The notes under the pieces are model-generated. The model saw only the letters and a program-made list of their open reading frames with translations, was not told where the DNA came from and did no database searches. A stretch of 64,000 bases of DNA from Squalus acanthias. Taxonomy: Eukaryota. The position numbers were made by a program, and so were the translations under genes. How positions within the stretch are numbered: position 1 is the first letter of the stretch; each line of letters begins with the position of its first letter. The stretch covers positions 76,262,001 to 76,326,000 of the forward strand of contig CM059432.1 of NCBI GenBank assembly GCA_030390025.1. Direction: 5' to 3'. Shown piece by piece: positions 12,306 through 23,601 of this stretch.

Positions 12306-15300
12306 AGATCTGATCAAACAAATTTCTATATTCTCCAGGGAACACAAGAAGCAAAACTTTACACACAACCTCTGCCTGCTGTGCAAGTCTCTCCTAGGCA
12401 GTATCGTCATCTGAACTCTGTCTATTATGTGCAGAAGTTTAATGTTGGGTTAACTGATACTTCCTGAAGCATGAATACCTGCATTAGGTTATCATACGAC
12501 TTGTCTCTTGCCCATTGGTAGCCCAATACTTTATTTTGTATTCTGTATTTTTTTTCTGAGCTCCCAGTAACTGCCAGGGTCAGATTCATGAGACTTTGTT
12601 CTCATTTACAGTTGCCATCGGCACTTCTTATGCCATCTAATAGACTAGGAAAAATTGGGTCACAGAGAGCTGACTGATGCCAAATGGTTTAATTAGCTCT
12701 GTGTTCCCCTTACTAGTATACAACCCACTAGAGACTGTATTATAACCATTAGCAGACATATGGGTTGAAATCATGTTGTGCAATATTAGTAACAATGTAG
12801 GACCAAAAATAAAAACGTTAATACATTTGTTAAAATAGCAGACAAAGGATTTTTATATACGGTGTTAATTTATTGCTACTAATATTTCACAGCGTAATTT
12901 CAACTCAATGCCCTTCTTCCTGAGGATAGGCGCTCACTGGCTGATTGTGTAAACTGCCGGCTAATATAACAGATAGCTGTTGGGCCCATTTGTTGTTTCT
13001 GTTTGTTTGTGTTGATCATTATTTGGGGGTAATTTTCAACTGCAGCGGGCACGGAAGACTGTAGAAAGGTAGATCAGGCAGGGTGCATAAGGGCGGCTGA
13101 TTCACTACCACCAGTTTTCCACCCCCATCACAAATGAAAAGGACCCTCTTTGTGAGAAGAATTTCTTCACATCAGTCACAGGATTACTTAAGATTACATA
13201 GGATATACAGTACAGAAACAGGCCATTTGGCCCAACCAGTCCATGCTGGCATTTATGCTCCACTAGAGCCTCCTCCCATCTTTCCTCATCTACCTCTATC
13301 AGCATAACCCTCTATTCCCTTCTCCCTCATATGCTTGTCTAGCTTCCCCTTAAATGCATCTATACTATTTGCTTCAACCACTCCCTGTGATAGCAAGTTC
13401 CACATTCTCATTACTCTCTGGGTAAAGAAGTTTCTTCTGAATTCCCTATTTGAGTTCTTGGTGACTATCTTATATTGATAGCCTTTAGTTTTGCTCTTCC
13501 CCACGAGTGGAAACACTCTCTCTGCATCCACTCTATCAAAACCTTTCATAATTTTAAAGACCTCTATTAGGTCAGCCCTCAGCCTTCTCTTTTCAAGAGA
13601 AAAGAGACCAAGCCTGTTTATCATTTCCTGATAGGTATAGCCTTGCGTTTCTGGTATCATCTTGTAAATCTTTTTTGCACCCACTGCAGTGCCTCTATAT
13701 CCTTTTTATAATATGGCGACCAGAATTGTACACAGTACTCCAAGTGTGATCTAACCAAGGTTTGATACAAGTTTAGCATAACTTCTCTACTTTTCAATTC
13801 TGTCCCTCTAGAAATAAAGCTGCGTCGCTACTCTTAGTGATTTGTGTATTTGTACTCCGAGATCCCTTTGCTCTTCTACCCCATTTAGATTCTTATTTTC
13901 CAAGTAATATGTGACCTCCTTATTTGTCTAGTTGTTCTTCTATTTTTTCCTTTAGTCGGGATTCCATTATTTTTCCTACCACCAATGTTAAGCTGACTGG
14001 TCTATAGTTCCCTGGTCATGTTCTATCTCCCTTCTTAAATAAGGGTATTATGTTAGCTATCCGCCAGTCCTCTGACACTACACCTTTTTCTAATGAATTA
14101 TTAAACATGAGTAATAGTGCCTCTGCTATCTCTTCCCTAAATTCTTTTATAATGTGCGGATGTAATCCGTCCGGACCAGGGGTTTCATCCTCTTTGAGTT
14201 TGATTAGTTTATTTAATATATCTCTTTTTATTTTAAATGCAGTTATGTCATTTCTAATCTCATTTTCCGATGTCATGTCCACCTGATCTGTCTCCCTGGT
14301 AAATACTGAAGCAAAGCAATTGTTTAATATTCCTGCCATTTTGCTATCGTTGCCTGTGATTTTATCCTGACCGTCCCTTAATGGCCCTATTCCCATCCTG
14401 ACTTTACTTTTTTTATTTATGTGCCTGTAGATTATTTTACTATTTTGTTTTATGTTCCTTGATAATTTAATTTCATAGTTCCTCTTTGCCTTCCTATTTG
14501 TTGATTTGACTTCTCTCCTAATCTCTTTGTATTCTCCCTTGTCATGCTGTCTCCTGCTGTCCATGTACTTAGTGTATGCCTCTTCCTTACTCTCAATTTT
14601 TCCCTTATGTCTTTATTCATCCATGGTGTTTCATTAGTGTTTAGCTTGTACTTGTTTTTTAGTGGAATATATCTTTCCTGGACTCAGTTGCTGTTGTTAT
14701 TTTCTCAAATTCTATTCTCAGCCCCTCAAAATAGGCTTTTTTTCCAATCTATTACCCTGGTCTTTGTATTACTTATGTCCTTCTCAATTATTATTTTAAA
14801 GCATATTATATTATGGTCACTATTGCCTAGATGTTCCCCTACTTTTACTTCTGTTATCTGCTCTGGTTCATTCCCCATTACTAGATCCCTTGTCGGGCTT
14901 CTTACATATTGGGTTAGTAAGGAGTCCTGTACACATTGTAGGAACTCCATTCCCTTATCCCCTTTACCTACCTCTTCTGGCCAATTAATTTCGGGGTTGG
15001 TGAAATCCACCATGATTATTATTCTATGTTTGTTACTCATTTCCCTAATTTGTTTGCATATTTCTTCCTCCACCTCCCTTCCACTATTAGATGGTCTGTA
15101 GACTACCTCTATTAGTGTGATTGATCCTTTATTATCTTTTATCTCTATCCATTCTATTTCTGTCTTACTGATAGCTGTGTCACTTTTTTCTACTGCCATT
15201 ATGTTATCGGTAATAAGTACAGCTACTCCACCTCCCCTTTTTCCCTCTCTATCTTTTCTAAACATGTTGTACCCTGCAATGTTTAATTCCTAGTCCTGAT

Positions 15301-15940
15301 TTCTTGTAGATCCCTTGTTATGAATGCTTCATGGATTCAGATAAAGTGCCTTTAATTTTACCTTTTTACCATTATTCCCTGACTTTAACCTTATTCGCTG
15401 ATGCACTATTACCATTAAACTCTCTGGGGTAAAAATTCAGTTGGTTGCGCCTCCCGTTAGCGCCTTAAGAGGGCGCTAATGGGGCGCAAAGCCGCTAACG
15501 CCCGGGCGCAGCGATGTTTGCGCCGCTCGGGAACTTAACTAGACATTGTGCGGCGGCGCTAAACTTTACCGCTGCGACCACCTGCGCGCGCAGATTGTGA
15601 CGTCATTCCATGGTGCAACGCCCTTGTGGCGCCCCGGAGCAGAAATTGAGTGGCGCCCCCTGCCTTACTGCCTGGCGCATCCAACGACCGGAAGACTGGA
15701 ACGCTATCAATCGCTGTGGGGCTGGGGGGGGGGGGCGCTATTTAAAGGGGGCCTCTTCCTGTCTTTTTCTGTGGTTGACATTTTTGCACCACTCGTTCTG
15801 AGAGAGAGAGAGAGATTCGGAGAGAGAGAAAGAGAGACTTCTGCATTGAGTCAACGCTTTGTGAGGTAGTTTTGCCTACTGATCCTAACTTCGCTGCTAC
15901 TTTGGTTGCTGTCCTTCATTACTTTGCTTGCAAAGAGACT

Positions 15941-17101
15941 ATGGGGGCTGCACTGATTGGGGGCGTCGTCCTGCTCCAGCTGAATCGGAGGACACAGAGA
16001 CGCAGAGAGAGACTGGCAATGATGGCCAGACGGAGGAGGGCCAACAGGCGTATGTACAGGAGAGCTTACCCTCCCAGGGTATATTGTGAACAGCTCTCCT
16101 ACCTTCATATGTCTGAGGAGCTGTGTTTGCGAAGGCTGCGATTCAGCAAGGAGGTGGTCACTGAGCTCTGCCACCTGCTGCAGCCAGATCTGCAGCCTCA
16201 ACTGAGGTCCAGGACGTCTCTGTCGGTGGCAGTGAAGGTCACAGTGGCTCTCAACTTCTATGCTACTGGCTCATTTCAAGCTGCTGCTGGGGACCTCGCA
16301 AATATCTCCCAGTTCGCGGTGCATTTCTGCATCCAGCAGGTCACAAATGCCCTCTTTAAAAGGAGACGAGAGTTCATCTCTTTCCCCATGACCCCAGACA
16401 AGCAGCGTGACCGCGTTCTGGGCTTTGCGAGGATAGCGGGCTTCCCCATGGTGCAGGGCGCCATTGACTGCACGCATGTGGCTTTGCGTGCTCCACCTGA
16501 GAATGCCGAGGAATTCCGGAACAGAAAGGGGTTCCATTCCTTGAATGTTCAGTTGGTCTGTGACCACAGACAGCTGATACTCGCTGTCAATGCCCACTAT
16601 CCTGGCAGCTGCCACGATGCTTTTATCCTGCGCCAGACTACTGTGGCAGACCTTTTCGAGGCACCGCATCAGCCAGTTGGTTGGCTTCTCGGGGACAAGG
16701 GGTATCCATTGAGCACCTGGCTGATGACACCGCTCCGTACGCCCAACACCCCTGCTGAGCTGCGGTACAATGAGAGCCATCAAGCTACCAGGAACATCAT
16801 TGAGCGCACAATCGGCGTGCTGAAGCAATGGTTCCGCTGTCTCGACCATTCTGGAGGAGCCCTGCAGTACTCGCCTGAACGAGTATCCAACTTCGTAGTT
16901 GTGTGCTGCATGTTGCATAACATGGCAATCGTCAGGACCCAGCCAATGCCACCAGGCCTTGGAGCACCACCAGAGGAGGAGGAGGAAGAGGAGGAAGAGG
17001 ACGAGGAGGATGATCATCAGCAGCACCAAGGCGGGAGGGCGGCCCACAATGGTGAAACTGCAAGGGCCGTCCGTCAACGGCTGATAGCAAGCCGCTTCTA
17101 G
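15941..17101 (+). CDS. Harbinger DDE transposase (HARBI1-like family), 386 aa from the first ATG
   Basis: Uninterrupted ORF with GAIDCTH, NRKGFHSLNVQLVCD, PGSCHDAFIL, LLGDKGY, RNIIERTIGVLK and CCMLHN motifs, and an acidic C-terminal tract. Confidence 0.93.
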   Translation: MGAALIGGVVLLQLNRRTQRRRERLAMMARRRRANRRMYRRAYPPRVYCEQLSYLHMSEELCLRRLRFSKEVVTELCHLLQPDLQPQLRSRTSLSVAVKVTVALNFYATGSFQAAAGDLANISQFAVHFCIQQVTNALFKRRREFISFPMTPDKQRDRVLGFARIAGFPMVQGAIDCTHVALRAPPENAEEFRNRKGFHSLNVQLVCDHRQLILAVNAHYPGSCHDAFILRQTTVADLFEAPHQPVGWLLGDKGYPLSTWLMTPLRTPNTPAELRYNESHQATRNIIERTIGVLKQWFRCLDHSGGALQYSPERVSNFVVVCCMLHNMAIVRTQPMPPGLGAPPEEEEEEEEEDEEDDHQQHQGGRAAHNGETARAVRQRLIASRF

Positions 17102-17413
17102 GGCCCCTGCTGTGGAAATGGCTTCTGCCATTGCTAACAACATCAATGAACCCAGCACGCAACCCCTAAGCCGGCCAAGGCACCAATAATTCCAAACACC
17201 AACCATGTATATTTTGAATACAGAAACTTATTTATTTTACAAACTCTGTGTGTGTCAATTCCTCATGACAAACTCATAGAAATAAACACAAAAAAACAGT
17301 CAATAACATAACTGGTTCTCACAACCTGGAGATAATGTCCAAAACACTAAACAAAAGTTGGACCATGAACCTCGGCCTTTAATAAAAAAATGACCAGCAT
17401 TTTGTCACACCTC

Positions 17414-19233
17414 CTACTTTTTTCCCTTCGAGGGTGATCTCCTTCCCTTGCGCACTTCCCCCCTTCTAACCCTACTGCTCCTCCGTAATGGGACCTCAGT
17501 GGCTGCAGCAAGGCTGGTGGAAGGCTGCTGATCGTCAGACCCTGACACTGCAGATGCCCCTGAAGGACGGCCTCGACCAGTTCTGGGCCTGGAGGGCCCG
17601 GCTGCAGACTGCACCAACTCTGCATGGGCAGCAGCAGTCTGTCCTACAGGCGGTGGCAAGTGCAGTGGAGAAGTGACAGTGTTGGCAGCAGGAATGCTGT
17701 CATCGTGAGAGAGGACAGCAACTCCCTGCTCGCCCGACACACTGGCACTCCCACGGGGCAACACTTCAGCATCCGGAGCAATCTGCTGGAGAACAGATTG
17801 CTGGCCTGCTGCGGCGCGGTGAGAGCCCCGGGGACATGTGAACGAACCATCGAGGTTGGCAGCAGTCTGTGCTCGCGTGGCCTCAATCTGAGTCTGCATG
17901 AGAGCAGTCAGAGATGGGATCACGGCAGCCAGTGACTGAATTGCAGCACTAAGCGTTAGTGTGGCATCCGCCTGTGCTACAGCGAAGTGCTCCACACTCC
18001 TTGCCAGTGACTCAATGCATTCGGGCACCCTTCCCACTGCACCCATGAGCTCAGTGTGCATGCCCACCGCCTGGGTGTTCATTTCTGCGATCAGCCGCTC
18101 CTCCTCTGCGTCCATTGCAGTAGGAGTCTCTGGCATACTCTCCCTCTGGGGAGAAGGCCCCCGTTCTTCCCTACCCCCATGGCGTTGCTGCAGCCCGCTG
18201 GGTCCTGGAGCTTCACCCTCATCAGACCCTTCCCCCCTGCTCCCCTCCAGGGAAGGCGTGTTCCCAGTGTGGGCATGGGCTTCCTCGGGAGAGGGTGGCA
18301 CTGATGCTCTGGCTTCCTCTTCCTCCTCGCCTGCAGCTTCACTCCCAGTGGCAGCTTTAGGGCCCGTCTCCTCAGCTGGTGAATCACCATCTGAAAGCAG
18401 GGAGGTACAAGAGTGGCTTTAGCGTGAGGACAGGGTGGCAGTAAGGGAGGAATAAGTGCAGCGAGTTAGCAAGTTGGATTGAAAGTGTCAAAGGCTGGTG
18501 TTGTGAGGGACAAGTGGAAGGACAGAGGACAAAAAGGTGATGACCTTACCATTGCTGTCCAGAACGGGGTCGGCGTCTCCAGTGGCGACGGGACCGATCA
18601 CCCGGCTTGCCACAATCCTGTGGACGCGCTCCTCAAGATCGCTGAGGGGTTGCAGCTGAGGCCGCCCTCCACCTGTCCGTTGCTGCTGTCTCCGATTATG
18701 CGCCAGCTTGGCCTGCAAGAAAAAGGACAGCATCTGAGTAAATATACAGCCATGGTCTTGCCTGATGTGCCTCCCATAGGTGAATAGCCCTTACTGTATG
18801 CAGCCATGGTCTTGCCTGATGTGCCTCCCATAGGTGAATAGCCCTTACTGTATGCAAAGTGTGGAATGCGTGTGTGTGTTTCATGAAAGGGCCATAGGTG
18901 TTGGATGAGTGTTGTGCATTGGGGTTTTAAGACCCTCTGGCCATAGAGTGAGGTTGAGATGGAGGGATGGAGAGGTATTGAGAAAAAGCCACTCACCCTG
19001 ACGACCCGAGTGAGGTCGTTGAACTTTTTGCGGCATTGAACATGGGTCCTGGGCACCATGCTCCTGGAGGAGACGCTCTGAGCCACCTCCCTCCACACTC
19101 TTCTGTACTCGCGTGGCAAAGGCCTCCTGCCACTCTCAGGGAAGAGTATACATCTTCTGCGCTCCACCGCGCCAACCAGAGCATCCAAGGCCCGCTCGGT
19201 GAAGCGATGAGCTCGTTCTCTCACCCTCTCCAT
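17414..19233 (-). CDS. Harbinger Myb/SANT-like DNA-binding protein, predicted 3 exons (19233-18997, 18712-18550, 18390-17414), 458 aa
   Basis: Exon 1 has RFTERALDALV...W.EVA......RT..QCRKKFNDL. Splice sites are canonical (AGG|GTGAGT, TTCTTGCAG|, ATG|GTAAGG, CTTTCAG|). Phases 0 and 1 join into one stop-free 1377-nt frame ending in a basic NLS-like tail. Confidence 0.85.
18747..18856. repeat. Tandem repeat, 2 x 54 bp, in intron 1 of the Myb/SANT gene
   Basis: Unit CAGCCATGGTCTTGCCTGATGTGCCTCCCATAGGTGAATAGCCCTTACTGTATG starts at 18747 and at 18801. Confidence 0.95.
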
Positions 19234-20132
19234 CCTTGGCAGCAAAATGGATTCACAGGTCTCTCCAGGCCGAGATTCAAGGCTGCAATGAGCAGGGTGT
19301 GGCTGGGGAGCAAGTTGGCCCCTCCCGCTTTAAGAACTGGCCGGCGCCAGTGTGTCTGTGTTCCCTCGCTAACTGGCAGCACCTGCGCTGTGCTCGCGCG
19401 CTGAGTTAGCGCCTCACTGCTCGGCCTTTGCACCTTAAGACAGGTGTGCAGCGCCTGATTTAGCGCTCCACTCACCTCCCGGGCGGTAAAAGTGAAGTTT
19501 CCAGTCAGTGGCGATAATTAGCGCCAGGCGCTAATATTTGCGTCCAGACGATATTTGCGCCCCAAACGGGGCGCGACCTAATTTTTCCCCCTCTGTCCCT
19601 TCCTGTCACACTCTGCTTATCTTTACCGAAATCGCTACACTGCTCCATTGCCTTGACTTTTCTTTTTAGATTTCTAAAGTTACCCTCATCTGACCCTTCC
19701 ACCCTTTTTAGTTAAAAGCCCTAATCTACAGCCCTAGTTATTCGATTCGCTAGGGCACTGATCCCAGGCCAGTTTAAGTGGAGCCCGTCCCAATGGAACA
19801 GCTCTTTCCCCAGTACTGATGCAAACCCCCTTCCTCCCACACCACTCTTTGAGCCACACATTTAACTCTCTGATCTGCTTGTCCCAATGTCAATTTGTGC
19901 GTGGCTCAGGTGGTAATCCAGATTTTATTACCTTTGAGGTTCTGTGTTTTGATTTGGACCATAGCTCCTTAAACTCCCTCAGCAGAGCCTCATTCCTAGT
20001 TCTATCTATGTCATTGGTTCCTCCTCCAAAATCTTCAAATAGAGCATGATGTTGAGAAGGAATCCGTAAAGAATCTATTCATGGGGAAACAGGCAGTTAG
20101 CAGGCAGAGTGCAAAGAAGCTGACAGTAAAAT

Positions 20133-23100
20133 TGAGGGAATTTTAACCTGGAAGAGCATGTGTGGTTTGGGTGCGGGGGGGAGGGGGTTAAAACGGGCAA
20201 AAATGTCAGTGCGTCGGGAAGCCAACTTCCGGATTGACTTTCCGGGTTAGGCTGCTTGCGCGCAACCCCTTCGGGAGAGGGGGGTTGCCTATTAACATGT
20301 AGTAATTGATCAATTAAAACGATATTTCAACTGACTTTCAAATTTAATGTGCATCCACGGGTTTCCCGGGCTTTCTGAAATGCGCCAGTGAAGGCAAGGT
20401 GAGAACACAGCGGCAATTGAGGGGGCTGAAACAATCTCATGGAAATACTGCATTAAATACTCAGTAATCACAGCTGGTTTCTTACCTGCTCATGGGAAAG
20501 GGTTTGTTCACAGTACTTCTACTGAGAGGTTACTTTCTACACTTTGGAGGTTTCCTCAATCACACCAGATGTTAGATTGGATCTTGGACGAGGACCAATA
20601 TGACCACCTACGCCAGCGCTAGGCTGCTGTTTAGAGACTTGTAGCTGGACAGCAGAGAGGGGAGCAACAGAAGGGTGCAGCTCACAGGAGGCACTGCCTG
20701 CGACATAGGGAGTACAGGCAGAAGCTGAGTTTCCTTGACATGTCTGAACACCAGTGTCTCAGGAGGCTCAGGTTGTCGCATCAGGTGATGGCAGACATCT
20801 GCAGCCTCCTAGAAGAAGACCTGCTGCCTGCTGGACCTGGTGGCCACGTGTTACCAGTGGCTGTCAAAGTCACCACCGTCCTCAACTTTTTTGCCTCCAG
20901 ATCCTTCCAGGGCTCTGCCGGAGACATATTCAGGATCTCCCAGTCGCTGGCCCACAAATGCATAAGACAGGTGACTGATGGCTTGTTTGCCAGGGCCGGC
21001 AATTATGTCAACTTCGACTGCGATGACACCAGTCACAATGAGCGGGCGCTTGGGTTTGTGTCTTTGGCTGGCTTCCCACAGGTGCAAGACGTCATCAACA
21101 GCACACATGTGGCAATCTGGGCACCCTCAGATCAACCAGGAATATTCGTTCACCGCAAGGGCTTCAACTCCATCAATGTACAGCTGGTGTGCAACCATAA
21201 CAAAATATTTCTGTCGGTGTGTGTCAGATTCCTAGGGAGCTGCCATGATGCTTTTGTCCTGTGCTAGTCTAAGCTCCCTGACATCTTCGGACCTGCAAGC
21301 AGACTTAAGGGGTGGCTGCTAGGAGACAAGGGATACCCACTTCAAACTTGGCTGATGACACCCGTCAGAAACCGGATCAATGAAGCCCAACAGTGCTACA
21401 ATGAATGTGCGATGAAACAAGCCATCGACATGCTGAAGATCGCTTCAGGTGCCTGGATAGATCTGGAGGTGCCCTTCAGTACGCACCAGCCAGGGTCTCC
21501 AGAATGGTCGTGGTGTGCTGTGCTCTGCACAACATTGCACAGCAGCGAGGTTTGGACCTGCAGGAGGAACAAGGTGAAAAGCTCAAATCCTCTTCAGACG
21601 ATTCCAAGGAGGGGGATGAGGAAGGTGAGGTGGAGGAAGGCGATGAGGGAAATGCACCACCAGCTGCTCGCATTGATGCCAGGGATGTCCTTATTCATGC
21701 AATTAGGTTGCACCAGTGGACCCATGTCACAAGCACAAGAAACAGTCAGTCTTCCTGCCCCTGCCCTCCCCAAGCCACTGACACGAAGCAGTCCTGCAAA
21801 TAATCAACCACCCCTTGCACATCCCCCCATTCGGCCCCATCAATTCATGTCTTCCCATTCATCATCAAACGACTCGCCACCCAGCAACCAAGAATGGGCA
21901 AGACGGGAAAGTGATGCAAAAGAATAATATTTATGTGCTTTAACTAAACAACAGAAACTTAACAACACAACATCTTCTCATATACCCATGTACATACCCT
22001 TGTGCAAATATGAAGCTTTACTCTTCCTTTTCCTACTACTCCTACGTGGTGCAACCCCCTGCAGTGTGAGCAGAGGTAGAGGCAGGCTGCTCAGATCCCT
22101 ACTCTGACAGCTGAGATGCTCTTGGCTGATGACCTCTGGGTTTTGGAGTCCGTGAGGGCCCCACCAAAGACTTCTCCAACTGGACCTGCGCAGGGGCAGA
22201 CTCGGCCATCAGGAGATGAGGCAGCATGTGGGGCTAATGACTGAAGGACAGGGGGGAACGGGTGAGAGTGGAAGTGCTTTGAGTGGAGTCCCACTTCCAT
22301 GTCCCCTTTCGTCATCATCCCTCTCATGGCCCAACCGCATTTCACTGCTACCACTGTAGTGGAGAGCACTTTGGTGCGGATCAGGGCGGCATTGTAAGGC
22401 CAAGGCTAGAGTATCTGTCATCCTATTTAAGGTGGCAGACATGTTGTAATCCAGAGACTGCACGGCTGTGGTCAAAGCATGCATAGACTCATTTGATTGA
22501 AGCATTTGGTATTCCATAGAGCTGGCCACGCTATCATTGCAAGAAGACATCATCGCAATGCCCTGTGACATCAACCCATTCATGTTTGAGGTGGACTCCT
22601 CCATTCTTTCTGCAATTGTGGTCAGTGTGCTTGGGAGGCCTGTCAGTATGTCGCACATTGTCTGCTGCTGCTCAATGATTCTCCTTTTCATCGACGGCCC
22701 CCGGGGTACAGCATCTGTAGCCAGCTTGGAGAGGACTGTGCCCTCCGACGCGGACTCTCATCTGCTGTCCCTGTCACCACCATCTGATCTTGTTCACTTG
22801 TGAAGTGTGAGTCACCAGGTGAAAACCCAACTATCTAAGTGGTCCCACTGAAGTGTGAGTATCTGAGCTGGTGCATGGTCTGCATGAGTCCTGTGATGGT
22901 GCACCCTCAGAAGGCCTCAGTTTCTCTGAGGAATCGTCATCGGCAACCTCCACCGACTGTGGCTGCACACGAAAATTCCCCATCAGAGATAAAAGATATG
23001 AATTAGATGATCATATTTCACTCGCTGTTGAAATCAAGTCAACATGACTGAGTGCCGTATGACATGTGGGTCGCTAAGATTTAATTGTGTCACCAGATAG

Positions 23101-23601
23101 CTGGGAACTCCCCGTGTCCCCATCTCCGACAGTCAGGGACGATCCTGCTGCTCACCTCCTGGGCCACCTCCAGCTACGCCTTCTTTGCGGCAGCAGCAGA
23201 TTTCTTCTCCCATTGCTGGGGAAGAGTATCTTACTGCGGCTCCTCACAGCCCCCAGCAAGGGAGACGTCATTGAAACGCGATGCAGCCTTTGCCCGTCTG
23301 GAATCCATCATTTAACTTCCTTTTCCTTTTATGCAAACTCCATCTCCTCCAAATTTCATCTTTGGATTGTCCCTTTAACGACTGGAGTTGAGATCGTGTC
23401 AAGCGGGTCCCCATCATACCCGCTGCTGCGAATTGGATGTCAAATCTGGAAGTAAAATGCTAATGAACTGGCTGAGTTAAAAAGCCACTGACAGACGCGC
23501 CGAACTTACTTCCGGGTTTCCCGCGTGGTATCGGACCCCCCGCACCGCGCCCCCCCCTCCCCCTCCCGCTCTCAACGTGTATCCGCGTAACTATTGGGGC
23601 C
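20133..23601 (+). mobile_element. Decayed two-gene Harbinger of a third family
   Basis: Transposase fragments on + (20740-21267, 21405-21803) and Myb-partner-like fragments on - (22209-22691). Degenerate termini GAGGGAATTTTAAC / GTAACTATTGGGGCC; no TSD confirmed. Confidence 0.75.
20560..21700 (+). pseudogene. Harbinger transposase pseudogene
   Basis: MSEHQCLRRLRL...AVKVTTVLNFFA...RKGFNSINVQLVC...GSCHDAF, then a stop. WLLGDKGY and RCLDRSGGALQY follow in shifted frames, and the first catalytic motif has decayed to INSTH. Confidence 0.88.

Larger units (their letters stand above)
15426..19591 (+). mobile_element. Apparently intact autonomous PIF/Harbinger DNA transposon (copy A1, 4166 bp)
   Basis: 12-bp TIRs GGGGTAAAAATT / AATTTTTCCCCC (1 mismatch); TCT TSD at 15423-15425 and 19592-19594. 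Two convergent uninterrupted genes. The host CR1 rejoins when the element is removed. Confidence 0.95.
13178..20020 (-). mobile_element. Decayed CR1 LINE (part of ORF1, endonuclease, 3' end; RT core deleted), split by Harbinger A1
   Basis: Reverse ORFs 13286-13684, 14016-14564 and 14726-15265 (RKDREGKRGGGVA, VYRP, HLGNSDHN). Sequence resumes after 19594, and 19900-20020 matches CR1 ORF1 at 60650-60770. Confidence 0.9.

Noticed and set aside
13025..13127. Possible 100-bp mini-MITE (GGGGGTAATTTT...TTTTCCACCCCC)
   Set aside because: The TIR match is weak and there is no TSD.
18747..18856. Direct repeats resembling a CRISPR array (also 35181-35310, 43361-43465)
   Set aside because: Head-to-tail tandem duplications without unique spacers, no cas genes, and a eukaryotic context.
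15941..19233. Domesticated host genes HARBI1/NAIF1 (or MSANTD family)
   Set aside because: The genes lie between TIRs with a TSD, interrupt a CR1 and have several paralogous copies in the same window. They are transposon genes, so no host symbol was assigned.
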